Source: Octopus vulgaris (Eukaryota). From it: a DNA stretch of 64,000 nt. The position numbers and the translations under genes are program-made. The notes beneath the pieces were generated by a model. The model saw only the letters and a list, made by a program, of their open reading frames with translations, did not search any database and was not told the origin of the DNA. Where the stretch lies: positions 128,650,001 to 128,714,000 of the forward strand of contig OX597817.1 of the NCBI GenBank assembly GCA_951406725.2, read 5' to 3'. Positions 12,762 through 24,757 of the stretch are shown piece after piece; the first letter of the stretch is position 1; each line of letters opens with the position of its first letter.

Positions 12762-13689
12762 GCATATTCGTTTGCACGTGTACGTGTGTAAGCATGTGCT
12801 TGCACGTGTTCGTTTGTCTCTACGTTTAATTATCGTTACCACCCTCACGCCATTCGAATAATGGCTGTGAACCAACAATTCAATGACCGAATGAATGACT
12901 GAACGGTCAACATGTTTGAGGAGCCAAAACATTTACATCCCTCGAACACCCAAACCCTGAATCGTGAATCCGCCCCCACTTTGTCGCAACTCACCACGTC
13001 CCCTTTCCTGTCACTGAGAATTTATTTTTCAGGTTCAACATTAAAAAGAAAAGAAAAAAAACATCTTGGCCTTTCAATCGCAAATTTGAAATTCGTAGCC
13101 TTTCAGGTAGAGACAAAGATTTACTACATACCACCTACCCCACTTTTTCTTTTTTACTTATAGAGGCTTTTCTCGCTTTGTGATTTTCAATTGTCTGTGT
13201 GATGTGTCGGTATCACAAAGCTGTCAACCAAACTCCTTCCCTTTTGTCTGCGTGTGTGTATTGACCAAGCTGAATTTCGGCCATTAACAATACAATTGTG
13301 ATAACATCTCTGTGTTGTTATTTAAGGGGGGAAAAGATGTGAAGAAAAGCAAAAACGATGAAAATATATATAAAAAAAATTAATAAAATAAAAATAAAAA
13401 CAAAATGAAAGAGAGATGGAGTTTAAAACGTGTAGCAGTTGGCTTAAGTGTGTGTTTGAGGTATTGTATTGTAATGTACAATGGGGTTGGCCTTTGGCTA
13501 GTTTGGTTTCATCTCTCTTTGACAAGTCTGCTCTAGTCTAGTGTGATAAGGGATGATTGAAATGATGTCGATGATGGTGATGGTGATATTTATTTTTGAT
13601 GTTGTTACTACTGTTATTGTTAGCAGTGGTAGTAACTGTGGCAGCGGTTATAGATATTGCTGTTAGCATGTGCTGTATTGCTGTTGGGT

Positions 13690-13790
13690 CTAGTAATTGT
13701 TGTGGCTGTTATTTCATACACAGGTCAGGTTTAATTGAGAAGACCCACGATCAAAGCATTTCAGTCGTGACCATCTCAACTTTTTCGCAT
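13690..13790 (-). mobile_element. Repeat family E 3' fragment
   Basis: The reverse complement resembles the gatggtcacggctggaatgc..tgatc...gacct...aacaacaac tails at 16860-16950 and 17080-17160. Confidence 0.5.
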
Positions 13791-13932
13791 GTGTGTATGT
13801 GTGTGTATGTATATATATATATACACACATATGCATATGTATATATGTGTGTGTATATATTATATATTTTATATTATATATATTATATTATATATATTAT
13901 ATTATATATGTGTGTGTGTGTGTTTGTATATA

Positions 13933-15207
13933 CAGGCTGCGTAAGGTATTTGAGGACATGCATGTTTGGGGTCATTGCTGTATTCTTCGCTAACTGTATA
14001 ATCTTTGTTTAAGAAAATATTAATTGTAGACCCTCAGCTTATTCAAGAAATGAAGAGGCATGCTGTTATTGTGTTTACAAAAGCAGAGCACAACTATTTA
14101 GAAATATCTCGATTTTTAAAAGTTGCCAGCTCTTTCGTCTACAAAAACTGTAAGGAGCTAGAGACTGAAGATGGAAACGTATCACCAGTTTCAAAGCCTA
14201 AAACGTATTCTAAACGCTCTGAAATCATCAGAACTCCTGAACTTATCCAGCAAGTTCAACAGACCATTGATTACTATCCCTGAAAGTCTATGAGGTCAAT
14301 TGCAAAAGATCTCCATGTGTGAAAATGAACAGTCAGAAACGTTGTCCACGAAGGCATTAAATATAAATCTTATACATTGAGGAAATGTCAATTTGTCAAT
14401 TTGTCAGTAAAGGCAAAAGAAAATCTCTACATCAGATGTAAAAGACTCTTAAACTATCTGAAAATTCCAGAAAAAGAAGATCTGATTGGTTTTTCTCAAA
14501 CGAGAAAAATTTCCACTAAGATCAAAAAGTTAACAGAAGATATGACAGATGATTATGTGCAGACCCTTCTGAAGTTCCAAATGTTATACATACAAAATTT
14601 CCTGCAACTGTCATGGTTTTAGGAGCTGTCGGCAATGAAGGATATGTGATGCCTCCTTACTTCTTTCCAGAAGGTCTTAGAGTTAACTCGGCCGCCTACA
14701 TTGAGGTCCTGGAAATAATTGTTAAGCCCTGGATAGATAGTATATGAAATGGAAGGCCATATGTATTTCACTAAGACTCTGCACTATCACACATGGCTCT
14801 AGTAAGACAGGAATGGATGGCTGAAAATTTTCATGATCACATAACCCCTAACATTTGGCTTTCAAATTACCCAGATCTCAATCCATTGGACTATTAAATG
14901 TGGAGCATTATTGAGAGAGAGAGAAAGGTCAATGAACACACCCATAACACCAAAGATTCTTTAAAAGCTGCCATAGTTAGAGTAATATCCAAAATGAACC
15001 AGAACCAATTGATTCGTGGATGTTGATGATTTAGATCTCAAATAGAAGCAGTTGTTGAAGCTGAAGGAGGCTTTATTGAATAATATTATAGAAAAGAGGG
15101 TATATTTTTATCCTCATAGCAGGTTTTGATAAATAAAGTTATCAGCTGTGATTATATATCTATTATTTTTATAAACATAAATTAGTCCTCAAATACCTTA
15201 CACACTC

Positions 15208-15210
<3 letters not shown>
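13933..15210 (+). mobile_element. Full-length decayed DD37D (maT-type) Tc1/mariner transposon
   Basis: TIR core GTAAGGTATTTGAGGAC at both ends and TA flanks; ...TKFPATVMVLGAV...YIEVL...KPWI...D-SALSHMALVRQEWMAENFHDHITPNIWLSNYPDLNPL-D gives 37 residues between the 2nd and 3rd D; multiple stops. Confidence 0.92.
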
Positions 15211-15256
<46 letters not shown>

Positions 15257-15289
15257 TTTTCTTGCTCGTTTACCCCTCTACGAGTTTAT

Positions 15290-15648
15290 TTTATTTTAAT
15301 TCTCTCGTAGGAAGGCCTTGCTTTGCCTTACGTGTTCTGTCTCTGCCTTCGAAACACGTGTCTGCTAGCGACAGCTGATGAAGGGGATTTTTCCTTTTGT
15401 AGCATGTCCTGTACTTCGTTTTTCTGCTACACAAAATTGTTTTTCTCGTTTTCGTTTTCGTTTCGTCTTGTTCTACGTCTCTGTCCTTCTGTTGTAACAA
15501 AATGTCTTCTCCGTTTTCGTTCTGTTGATTTTTTCGTCTTCTTGTGATGTCCTGTACGTATATATATATTTATATATGCATGTATATATACATGTAGATG
15601 TCGGTACGTACATATTTGTTTGTATGTATGCATATATTTTATTTATTA

Positions 15649-15652
<4 letters not shown>
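15290..15652 (+). mobile_element. (TA)n-flanked dispersed repeat with HHR-like boxes (related copies 36480-36731 and 52280-52500 on the minus strand)
   Basis: CCTTCGAAAC...CAGCTGA(T/A)GAAGGG and the gtcctgtac...gtatgcatat..tttattta end are shared with 36480-36731. Confidence 0.7.
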
Positions 15653-15737
<85 letters not shown>

Positions 15738-16465
15738 GGCGCAGGCGAGGCTGTGTGTTAAGAAGCTTGCTTCCCATCCACATAGTTCCATATTCAATCC
15801 CACACTGTGACACTTTGGGCAAATTTCTCGGGCTGACCAAATTCTTGTGAGTGGATTTGGTAGACGGAAACTGGAAGAAGTCTGTCGTATATAAATAATT
15901 AAAGCCTTGTGGTTTGTTTATAAATATTATACGTAGTATTAGACATTTTAAGTATATATTTACGTAAAATTTAGCTGAAATTGATGGGTGAGCGTTTGGC
16001 CCAATCGGATGCGCGTGTAGCCATGTAAGCGTTGATATGTGGGTTCGATTGTGGCCATGGTTAGCTCATCATTTTTCAATCAATTTGTTTATATATAAAT
16101 GTCGCTCTGAATCGGAGAATATATATTATGATGATGCTAGATTATTATAGTTATTATTGTACTGCTAGAATTCCTCAGTCGCTTACTCTCCGTTACTTAA
16201 AAGCCTTCTAGTTTGTTTATAAATATCATGTGTAATATATATATATATGCGTGAGTATTTGTGTGGGTGAGTGTCTTTGTGTCCGTATTTGTCCCTCACC
16301 ACCGCTTAACAACATACCGCTGGTATGTTTATGTTGCCGTAATATAGCGGTTCGGCAAAAGACACCGATAGAATAAGTACTAGGCACGAAAAATAAGTCC
16401 TGGAGTCGATTTGTTCGACTAAAACCCTTCAAGGCGGTACCAAATGATTGAAACCAGTAAAAGAT
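15738..16465 (+). mobile_element. SINE family A split by a ~330-bp insert (head 15738-15888, tail 16255-16465)
   Basis: Head ggcgcaggcgaggctgtgtg...; tail ...cggttcggcaaaagacaccgatagaataagtac. Confidence 0.8.
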
Positions 16466-16524
16466 ATATATATATACATATTGCTGCTGCTGATGGTGGT
16501 GGTAGTGCTGACAACAGAACTATT

Positions 16525-16695
16525 AAGTACCGCTACGTTCTAAGTTCAAATATCGCCGAGGTTAACTTCGCCTTTCATCAACTTGGCCTTCCGGGTGCGC
16601 TAAAACAAAATATCAGTTGAGAGCTAGGATCGATATAATCCTCTAGGCACCTGCCCCCAAATTTCAGGTCTTGTGCCTATAGTTAAAAGGATTAT
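16525..16695 (+). mobile_element. SINE family B (decayed)
   Basis: acgttctaagttcaaat.tcgccgaggttaacttcgcctttcatc. Confidence 0.65.
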
Positions 16696-16744
16696 AACCG
16701 TTAGTTCCACTCTATTATTAACAACTCACAACAGAGAGCGTCTT

Positions 16745-17395
16745 GGTGGTCATGTGATTTGCAAGAAATAACAACCGAATCTCCTTCAAATCGCATTCTA
16801 CCGCCTTAAAAATGAACATGCTGGATAATGTCGTCCGAAACTGTTCAAACGAAAGAAATGACGAATCAATAAAAGTTGGAATGTCATTGATCACAGGACA
16901 GCTGAATCAAGGTTGACCTATGGTTAAAGAGCAAGAACAAGAATAACAACATTGAGGAATATCTACATCGTCACTGTATCTGCTAGAATAAGCATCGAAA
17001 TCCCTCTCAAGTATATCATACTCTCTGGAAAAATGGTACATTTATTAGGGTAGCCCGAGCTACATTTCACCTGAAAACAAGATGGGATAGTCATGGCTAC
17101 AATGCTTTTCGTTCAGGGATTGACTTATGTTGCGCTTAGCAACAGCAATAATAACCAACAACCTCAGGAAATTTTATGCCTGTGAGCAAGGTCTCCTATG
17201 TCTTTACTCTTCGGAGTTGCTTGACGTGCAGAAAATTGTGGCAAAATCTTCTTCAAATCATACCGTAATTTCGAAGGATTAAGTTTAATAGAATGAAATA
17301 ATAAACTGGATAAGATTGTGCTACAAATAATAGCTAAAAGTTGATAGTTACGGCTAGAGTATTTGTTTTTGACATATGACTCGCTACAGCTACTA
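16745..17395 (+). mobile_element. Three tandem decayed copies of repeat family E
   Basis: A gc.agaaata.ca.c.aaatct..ttcaaatc...ggata...g..gctggaatg..ttt motif recurs at ~16760, ~16982 and ~17228. Confidence 0.6.
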
Positions 17396-17416
17396 AGCTC
17401 TCGATACCCTCCACGT

Positions 17417-17692
17417 CAGAAATTCTCAACCAGGGCCCATATGACCCTTTGGGCCCATATGATCCTATGGGGTCTATATATGATCCTTGGGGAGTCAATA
17501 TGAGATTTTTCATTTAAAATATATGTACAATAAATTGTTTTTGATTCTACAATGCACAAAATATATTACCAATTGTTTTAAATGCAATTCCTAATAATAT
17601 ATAATCATGAAAATATAATGGCTATGGGGGTCCACCCGATTAAAATAGGATTCAATAGGATTCCATGAGCAAAACATGGTTGAGAGCCACTG
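17417..17692. mobile_element. hAT-like MITE
   Basis: Termini cagaaattctcaacc / ggttgagagccactg (CAGTGGTTCTCAACC-type TIR); TSD degenerate. Confidence 0.65.
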
Positions 17693-17784
17693 CTCCGTTG
17701 AATTGCTTAAACTACGAGAACTTCAATCAGCTTACAACCTAGATTTTAGAAAAAGGAAGAGCACACTGCATTTCTTTCATCTCA

Positions 17785-18092
17785 TAACTGTTTCAGTCTT
17801 TGGACTGCAGACATGTTGGAGCACCGGCTTCAAGGGTTTAGTCGAACAAACATATTATTTAAATGCTTGGTACTTATTCTATTTTTTGGCAAGCTATGGT
17901 GGCGGGACAAAGCCAGACTAAGAGGCACTGATAGACTTACACAACCAAACACGTATACTCACAATTACACACAGATATGTTGGCCAGGTTTTCACAGTTT
18001 CCGTCTACCAAATTCACTCACAAGTCCTTAGTCACCCCGGGGCCAACATAGAAGACACGTGGCCAAGGTGTCATGCAATAGATCTGAACCTG
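17785..18092 (-). mobile_element. SINE family A (decayed)
   Basis: tgtttcagtc...cagtttccgtctaccaaattcactcacaag. Confidence 0.7.
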
Positions 18093-18674
18093 ATATCCCT
18101 AATTTTGTCTGAAAATAAGAAGTGATAGTTGTCACTAGAACTTCTTCAATCTAGGGTCATAAATAGATCTGATCTATCAAGGATGAACTGTGACTAAACA
18201 ACAGCAGTAAGAACACTGTCATTATCTCCAATAATACTTCTACAGCCACTATTCCTTTCAGCATCAAAATCAATTCACAATCGATATCGGTCATACATGC
18301 GCCACAAGAGTAGCCACTAAATAGTGACATGCTAGATATAGGAGCAAAATCACCTTTTAATCAAAATATTACTACCTTGAAAACTGAAGGAGATGTTTGA
18401 TAAGAATCCTTTAGAGCCTCGTAAAAAGACAGGATTACAGAAACTGGACCGTCTTTGACCATAGCATATGTGCTCGCATAGAGCTGACTTAAGTACATAG
18501 CATGTCCGCCATTTCCACTATTCTCTGCCATGATCTCCATTCTGCAACCAAGGTTCAGCACCGTCAACACCCATAGCCAACAGCAATTGAACAGTAACCA
18601 CATCTACAACTACTACTACTACTACTACTGCTGCTGCTGCGGCTACTACTACTGATAATGATGATAATAATAAT

Positions 18675-18888
18675 ACTTTCTACAATAGGCACAAGGCCTG
18701 AAATTTTGGAAAAGAGGAAAATCAATTGCATTGGACCCAGTACTTGACTGGTACTTAATTTAACGTCTATGAAAGCTTGAAAGGAAAAGTCGAGCTCAAC
18801 AGAATTTGAACTCAGAACGTAGCGACAGACGAAATGCCGTTAAGTATTTTCTCTGGCGTGCTAACGATTCTGCCAACTCGCCACCTTA
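18675..18888 (-). mobile_element. SINE family B
   Basis: ggcacaaggcctgaaatttt...aatttgaactcagaacgtag...gctaacgattctgccaactcgcc. Confidence 0.8.
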
Positions 18889-18897
18889 GCAATAATC

Positions 18898-18934
<37 letters not shown>

Positions 18935-19509
18935 TAATAATAATAATAACGATAATATTGGCCACAAGGGCTGGGTAAACATTTAGAGCAATACAAAGAC
19001 TAGGGACAAAAGGGATTTACATAGAAAGTAGTCGACAACAACAACAACAACAACAACACTAAGATGGCTGGATAAGCTATCTCAATAATTCCATTGTAGA
19101 TACCATCACTGTGCCATCACCACCAACTTCAGAACGGCTGTCAAAGTGGTCTGTTGACTGAAGGCATCTTGACAGAAAATACAACGAAGGAAGAATTAAC
19201 AACAAATACAGCCATTAGAATTAAACACAATACCGTTGCCGCACGCAACACTCAGAAAGTTAAGAAGTGGGTGAGGTGGGTTCAGGACAACTCACGTGTC
19301 TTTGTTTGAAATTTGGGATTCTGTTGACGGAAAGAAAATGAATTGGTAGAGAACGTTTGCTAGTATTTAGATGTATGTATGTATGTGTCTGTGTTCATAT
19401 ATATATATATATACATATAAATATGTCTATATATATACATATATATGCGTATCTGTATGTGCGTGTATATATATATATATAATATTATAAAATATATAGA
19501 GAGTATATT

Positions 19510-19800
19510 TTGCTCACAATCGCAAGGTCCTGAGTTCAATTCCCAGCGACGCGTTGTATCCTTGAGCAAGACACTTTATTTCACGTTGCTCCAGTTCACT
19601 CAGCTGGCAAAAATGAGGAGTACCTGTATTTCAAAGGGCCAGCCCTGTCACACTCTGTGTCGCGCTGAATCTCCCTGAGAACTACGTTATAGGTACATGT
19701 GATTGTGGAGTGCTCGGCCACTTGCACGTTCATTTCACGAGCAGGCTGTTTCGTTGATCGTATCAGCTGGGACCCTTGTCGTCGTAACCGACGAACTGAT
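19510..19800 (+). mobile_element. SINE with family D head and family C body/tail
   Basis: gagttcaattccc..cgttgtatccttgagcaagacactttatttcacgttgctccag head, then the gtatttcaaagggccagcc...gtcgtcgtaaccgac body also seen at 46260-46410. Confidence 0.8.
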
Positions 19801-19840
19801 CCTTTATATATCACATTTGTAAAAACAATTGTGCATGTAT

Positions 19841-19875
<35 letters not shown>

Positions 19876-20165
19876 CACATACACACACACACTCACACAC
19901 ACACACTCACAAACACATACAGAGTTTTTTTTTGATGTTTCGATGGACGATTGCTATCGCCTCAGATGCCTTGTTGATCCAACTGCACCTGGCACAGCGA
20001 TCCTTTTCATATTCATCTTCCATTTTGACAGCCGGGATACTTAAAAGTTTGATCTTTGCTTTCGTCCATAAAAGTTTCATTATACTAAAGAGATTGGTTT
20101 GGCACATACGCACACACAAACATACATATCCAGTCACGTACTTAAACACACATGCACGCATGTAA

Positions 20166-20270
<105 letters not shown>

Positions 20271-20271
20271 T

Positions 20272-20335
<64 letters not shown>

Positions 20336-20819
20336 GCTATAACAGCCGAAATTGCGAAGATAATCTGGTACTCGACTGATGAAAGAAAACTTCGAATGAC
20401 ACGTCTTTGTTTTCTTTGTATCGTCTATTATTTTTCAAGACTATGTGGTATATTTGAAAATGATTTGGCTGCGATTTCTGGGGGGGTACGACGACGATGT
20501 AGAGGCTCCTTATAATTTTTGTTCTAGTCATTGTTGTTGTTTAACCACTAGTCAATCTTCATCGAGCTGTCCTATGACCAAGGTTATTGTAATTGTGACT
20601 GATTCGTCTTCTTGTCTGTTTAAAGAGGCCCGGACGACAAAATCGTGTCCATTCTTAAAGCAGTAGGAATATGCTCGTGTGTGTGCGTGTGTGTGTGTGT
20701 GTATATATGTGCATGCATGTATGAGTGTGTGTGTGTGAGCGTGTGCATGTGTGTGTATGTATGTGTACGTATGTGTATGTGTGTACATATATACATGTTT
20801 ATGTATATATATGTACGTG

Positions 20820-20851
<32 letters not shown>

Positions 20852-20934
20852 TGTATGCATACCTGCATACATACATACTTACATACATGTATGCATACCT
20901 ACATGCATACATACATACATGCATGCATACAGAA

Positions 20935-21135
20935 TGATAAAAGAGTCAAAGAACAAGACAAGTGGGGGAACATAAACAGGGTGTATTAGACTGACGGTCA
21001 GAAAATATGGAAAAGTCTTTGACATTTCGAGCCTACGCTCTTCTACAGAAAGTAATGAGGAAAGAAAGCAACGGTAAGAGGGAAGTAAACTGAGAGAAAG
21101 AAAAAAAAGCGTGTCTGATTAACGGTTGCAGGTGA
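20935..21135 (-). mobile_element. PLE pLTR-like element with minimal HHR-like motif (21017-21052)
   Basis: Minus strand CTTT-CTGTAGA-A-GAGC-GTAG-GCTC-GAAA-TG-TC-AAAG; related to 29390-29560 and 61130-61300. Confidence 0.7.
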
Positions 21136-21149
21136 TGAAGTGACCCGGC

Positions 21150-22008
21150 ACCTCCATGCAGGTCAACCCACATATATCCTACTACAGCTCACACATCAAA
21201 TAGCCTCACACACACACATACGCGCACACATGAACACGCACATGCACTTATCCTTATATACATACGCACAAACACAAAGTACACACAAACACATATCAAC
21301 TTCATACACACATACTCGTTAGAGACATGGGGTGGCAAGAGAGACAACGGTGAACTGACAAAAGTGTGTGCGTAAGCATGTTAGCGTGTGTGAGCAAAGT
21401 GCCTGCGTGTGTATATGTGTTTAAGGGCGAGCCTTTTTGTATGTGTGAGTGGGTAAGCATGTCTGTGAGTATGAATATTATGTGAGTGTGTGTATGTGTA
21501 TTTATAGAAATGCACGTGTGTGTGTGTGAACAAATACGTATTTATGAGTTCGTAGCGTTACGTGCATTTGTATTTCGTATATTTATGTGTGTATGCATGT
21601 GCGTGTGCGTGTACGTGTGTGCAAGTGTGTAAGTATATGAGGCTGTCTAACGTATGTGTGAGTCTATCAAATGTGTACGTACGTGTGTGTGTGTGACACC
21701 ACTGTGTAAGTGTGTATTATGTGTGTTTATCCGTGAATATTGTGAGTGCTTATGTGTGTGTACGTATGTGAGCGAATTTGTTTTCAGTTGGTGTACGTAT
21801 GTGGGCTGTATGATAAAGTGTGTGTGTGTGCATGAAGCTGATATGTGTATGTGTGTACTCTGTGTTTGTGCGTACGTATATAAGGATAAGTGCGTGTGTG
21901 TATGTGCATGTGTGTGTGCGTGTGTGTGTGCGTGTATGTGTTGTGTGAGGCTATTTGATGTATGTGTGTGCTGTAGCAGGATGTATGTGGGTCGACTTGC
22001 ATGGAGGT
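21150..22008. repeat. Inverted repeat, arms ~21150-21317 and ~21817-22008
   Basis: acctccatgcaggtcaacccaca..atcct.ctacagc...catcaaatagcctcaca...gcacttatccttatatac is mirrored on the opposite strand. Confidence 0.85.
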
Positions 22009-22049
22009 ATATAGTTGAATAGCGGTGCATTTATAGTCAAACGTATTTT

Positions 22050-22925
22050 TGCATATCCACTGATAAGTTTTTGGCACCTAAACATTAATTGTTTATTCTC
22101 TAATTTACAGTTTTTATAATGAGTGTTGAAAAATGTAATTAGAATCATTTTACTTTACCTGTGATGAAAAGGACTGAATGCAATGGCAGTTGCAAAAGAA
22201 ATTTAATGTGGAAGGCCCAGAAACTATCAATGAGCGTGTGACACAAAACTATTTCAGACGTTTCAAAGGAGGTGACACCAGCCTCGAAGACAAATCACAG
22301 TCAGTGAAAACTTCTGTTGTAGAAGATGAAGCCTTACTTAAAATGGTTGAACTGCCATGCACAAGCACTCGTCCTTCAGAAAGCACCATCAGTCGACACC
22401 TCCATTAGCTCGGCCTTCTGAACAGACGCTGTCGAGAAGTTCCACATGAACTGACTAATGACCAGGCTCGACGGTGTGTGAACATTGTAAGCAACTCGAG
22501 ATGCCCGTTTTTTGGCGCCAAATTATAACCTATGTTCTCAACAATTGTAGTGAGTATTCTTTGAAAGCCCGCTACCCAGCATTAGTCAATAGAAGATGCA
22601 CACACACCTACAGCATAACGATATCCGAACGGAAACTGCCAATGCAACCAAGTGCAAGCTTGAAGGACTCGAAGGCCTGGAACTGCTCCTTTACCCTTGC
22701 CTACAGCCCAGACCTTGCACAATCGGATTACAACATCAGAAAAAGTTTTTCGTCTCTAAACCAGCCATATGGTTTAAGCATGGAATTGAGCTTTTGCTAC
22801 AACGATGGCAACAAATAATAGAATACGTTGTGATATATTTTGGTGCATAAACGATTTTCGCGTGTAATTTATTTAAATTATTAAAGTTTGAAATACAAAC
22901 AAAAAAACTTTTGACAAAACCTGGC
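22050..22925 (+). mobile_element. Internally deleted mariner (DD34D-type) remnant
   Basis: INERVTQNYFRRFKGGDTSLED, EVPHELT (WVPHEL motif) and YSPDLAQSDY (YSPDLAPSD motif). Confidence 0.85.
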
Positions 22926-24109
22926 AATCTTAGCGCGCGTGGGTGAACATATACGTGCGTAAAGTAATAATAAAGTAAATATGTTATCATTTATCTTCTT
23001 AAAATAATTTACAAAACTGTAGAAAACCGGAGTGTCTGGATATAAACCACTCATGCAAATATAATCATTCTTTTAATGATCGGAAACTGGAGTGGCCAAA
23101 GGAAACCTACACATCCAAATATAAAATCTGCAATATATAAAGAAATGATATTGCTAGTTGTGATGAGCTTAAATTTATATGATATAAAGACTGTATCTGT
23201 CATAGCCTTGAGAAGTTTGAACATTATCGCGTGATTATACGATGTTTTCCATTTTACCTACATAAGTAAAAAGATTATGCGGTATTCCAACTTTTGATCA
23301 TCTTATACAAAATTAGCCATTAGCAAACCTGTATCCTTGAAGATCCAGTTCAGCAACTATCAAAGTTCGTCCTTAGGATTTACTGATCCACATCATGCAA
23401 CTTAGATTATCTGGAAACCAACATTTTAAAATCGAAAGTGCTCGTCTCTTCGTATGAGTGAAATTCTGAGTGTAATAGCATCCTCTCTTCTGCAGCAGCT
23501 TGGGAAGTTAGTAGTTTCGATTACCTGTAGACGAAACCGCTTAAACATTTGGTTTGTGTTATTGTACTAGTGCAGCTAATCTGAATGACGACGGGTCATT
23601 ATTGTGGATTGTTTTGGTTATCTGAAGTCTGTATCGTGGCAGATCTGAAATTTACAATGAATTTTAAAATTATGAAGGATTGTGAATTACTGCTCCCTGA
23701 TATAAAGCTGTGTCTATCAATTTGCAGTTATGGAAAATATCCTGAAAATACCCTGGTACCTACAATAGTTGCCAAGAAGTCTTCAGTTCCTGCTCACGTT
23801 CTTTTACATTCTATTATAGAATTGCTGAAAGAAATAGGTTATATATGGAAATAGTTATCGTAAATTTCAGGTAAGTTAAGATTATGCAATCTAAGAGTGG
23901 GAGATAGCTAAACAATAACTACTTAACAAAAAACACCCCAAATAACTACTTAACAAAAAACACCCCAAATGCAAGCAAAAATATCGATGTTATGTTTCTG
24001 CCAAAGACGTTATACTGTGATTAGTTACGATCTAGAACCAGAATAGTGGAATTATGCAAGCCATTTCTTTAATTCAATATGCTAACCTTAAACTACGGTT
24101 AAAATCTGA

Positions 24110-24305
24110 ATTTCTGCAAATTTCTGGGAAGTGATAAATCGATTACATCGACCTCTTAATTTAACTGGTACTTATTTTATCGACTCCGAAAGGTTGAAAG
24201 GTAAAGTCAACCATGCTAGAATTTGAACTCGGAACATAGATACGGACCAAATGTCGCTAAACATTTTGTCCGGCGTACTAACGTTTCTGCCAGCTCGTCG
24301 CCTTA
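24110..24305 (-). mobile_element. SINE family B
   Basis: ctggtacttattttatcgac...aatttgaactcggaac...ctaacgtttctgccagctcg. Confidence 0.75.
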
Positions 24306-24387
24306 ATATAGGCATATATATTAACACATAGAGGCAAACATGCATACATACATGCATGTATACATACATGCCAGTATACACACTGGT

Positions 24388-24757
24388 CAGGTTTATAGTT
24401 GTAATTAATGGGGCACAGGTATATATAACAATCTGCCTATGCACCAGCCTTCAAAAAATTAGGTTTCTCAAAACCAGAAAGGAGAAAGCTGATTCGTAGA
24501 TTAAGATCACCGGAACTGTAAAGATATATAAAACTTTCCAGAAGTTTGCCATTGCAGTATATATGCATGAGAATACATACATAAAACAAAACATACAAAT
24601 CTGCATAAGCATTCACTTCAAATATTGCACATATATTTACATACAAGCAAAAACACCCAGCTGTTGTTGAAATTCCAATGTAGGAGCTTTGGATCTAGAT
24701 AAGAAATTGGATTTTTCTCTATCGATAAGAACTCTTGAAATAAAATTGAATAAGGAC
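24388..24757 (+). mobile_element. 3' end of RLE-type non-LTR element (same family as 8928-9330)
   Basis: ggtttctcaaaaccagaaa.gagaaagctgattcg...ggaactgtaaa...aaaacaaaacatacaaatctgca matches the reverse complement of 8928-9330. Confidence 0.75.

Noticed and set aside
21960-22010. GIY-YIG-like peptide CCSRMYVGRL
   Set aside because: Too short and embedded in TG-rich low-complexity sequence
23914-23967. 27-bp tandem duplication
   Set aside because: Ordinary slippage duplication with no further structure
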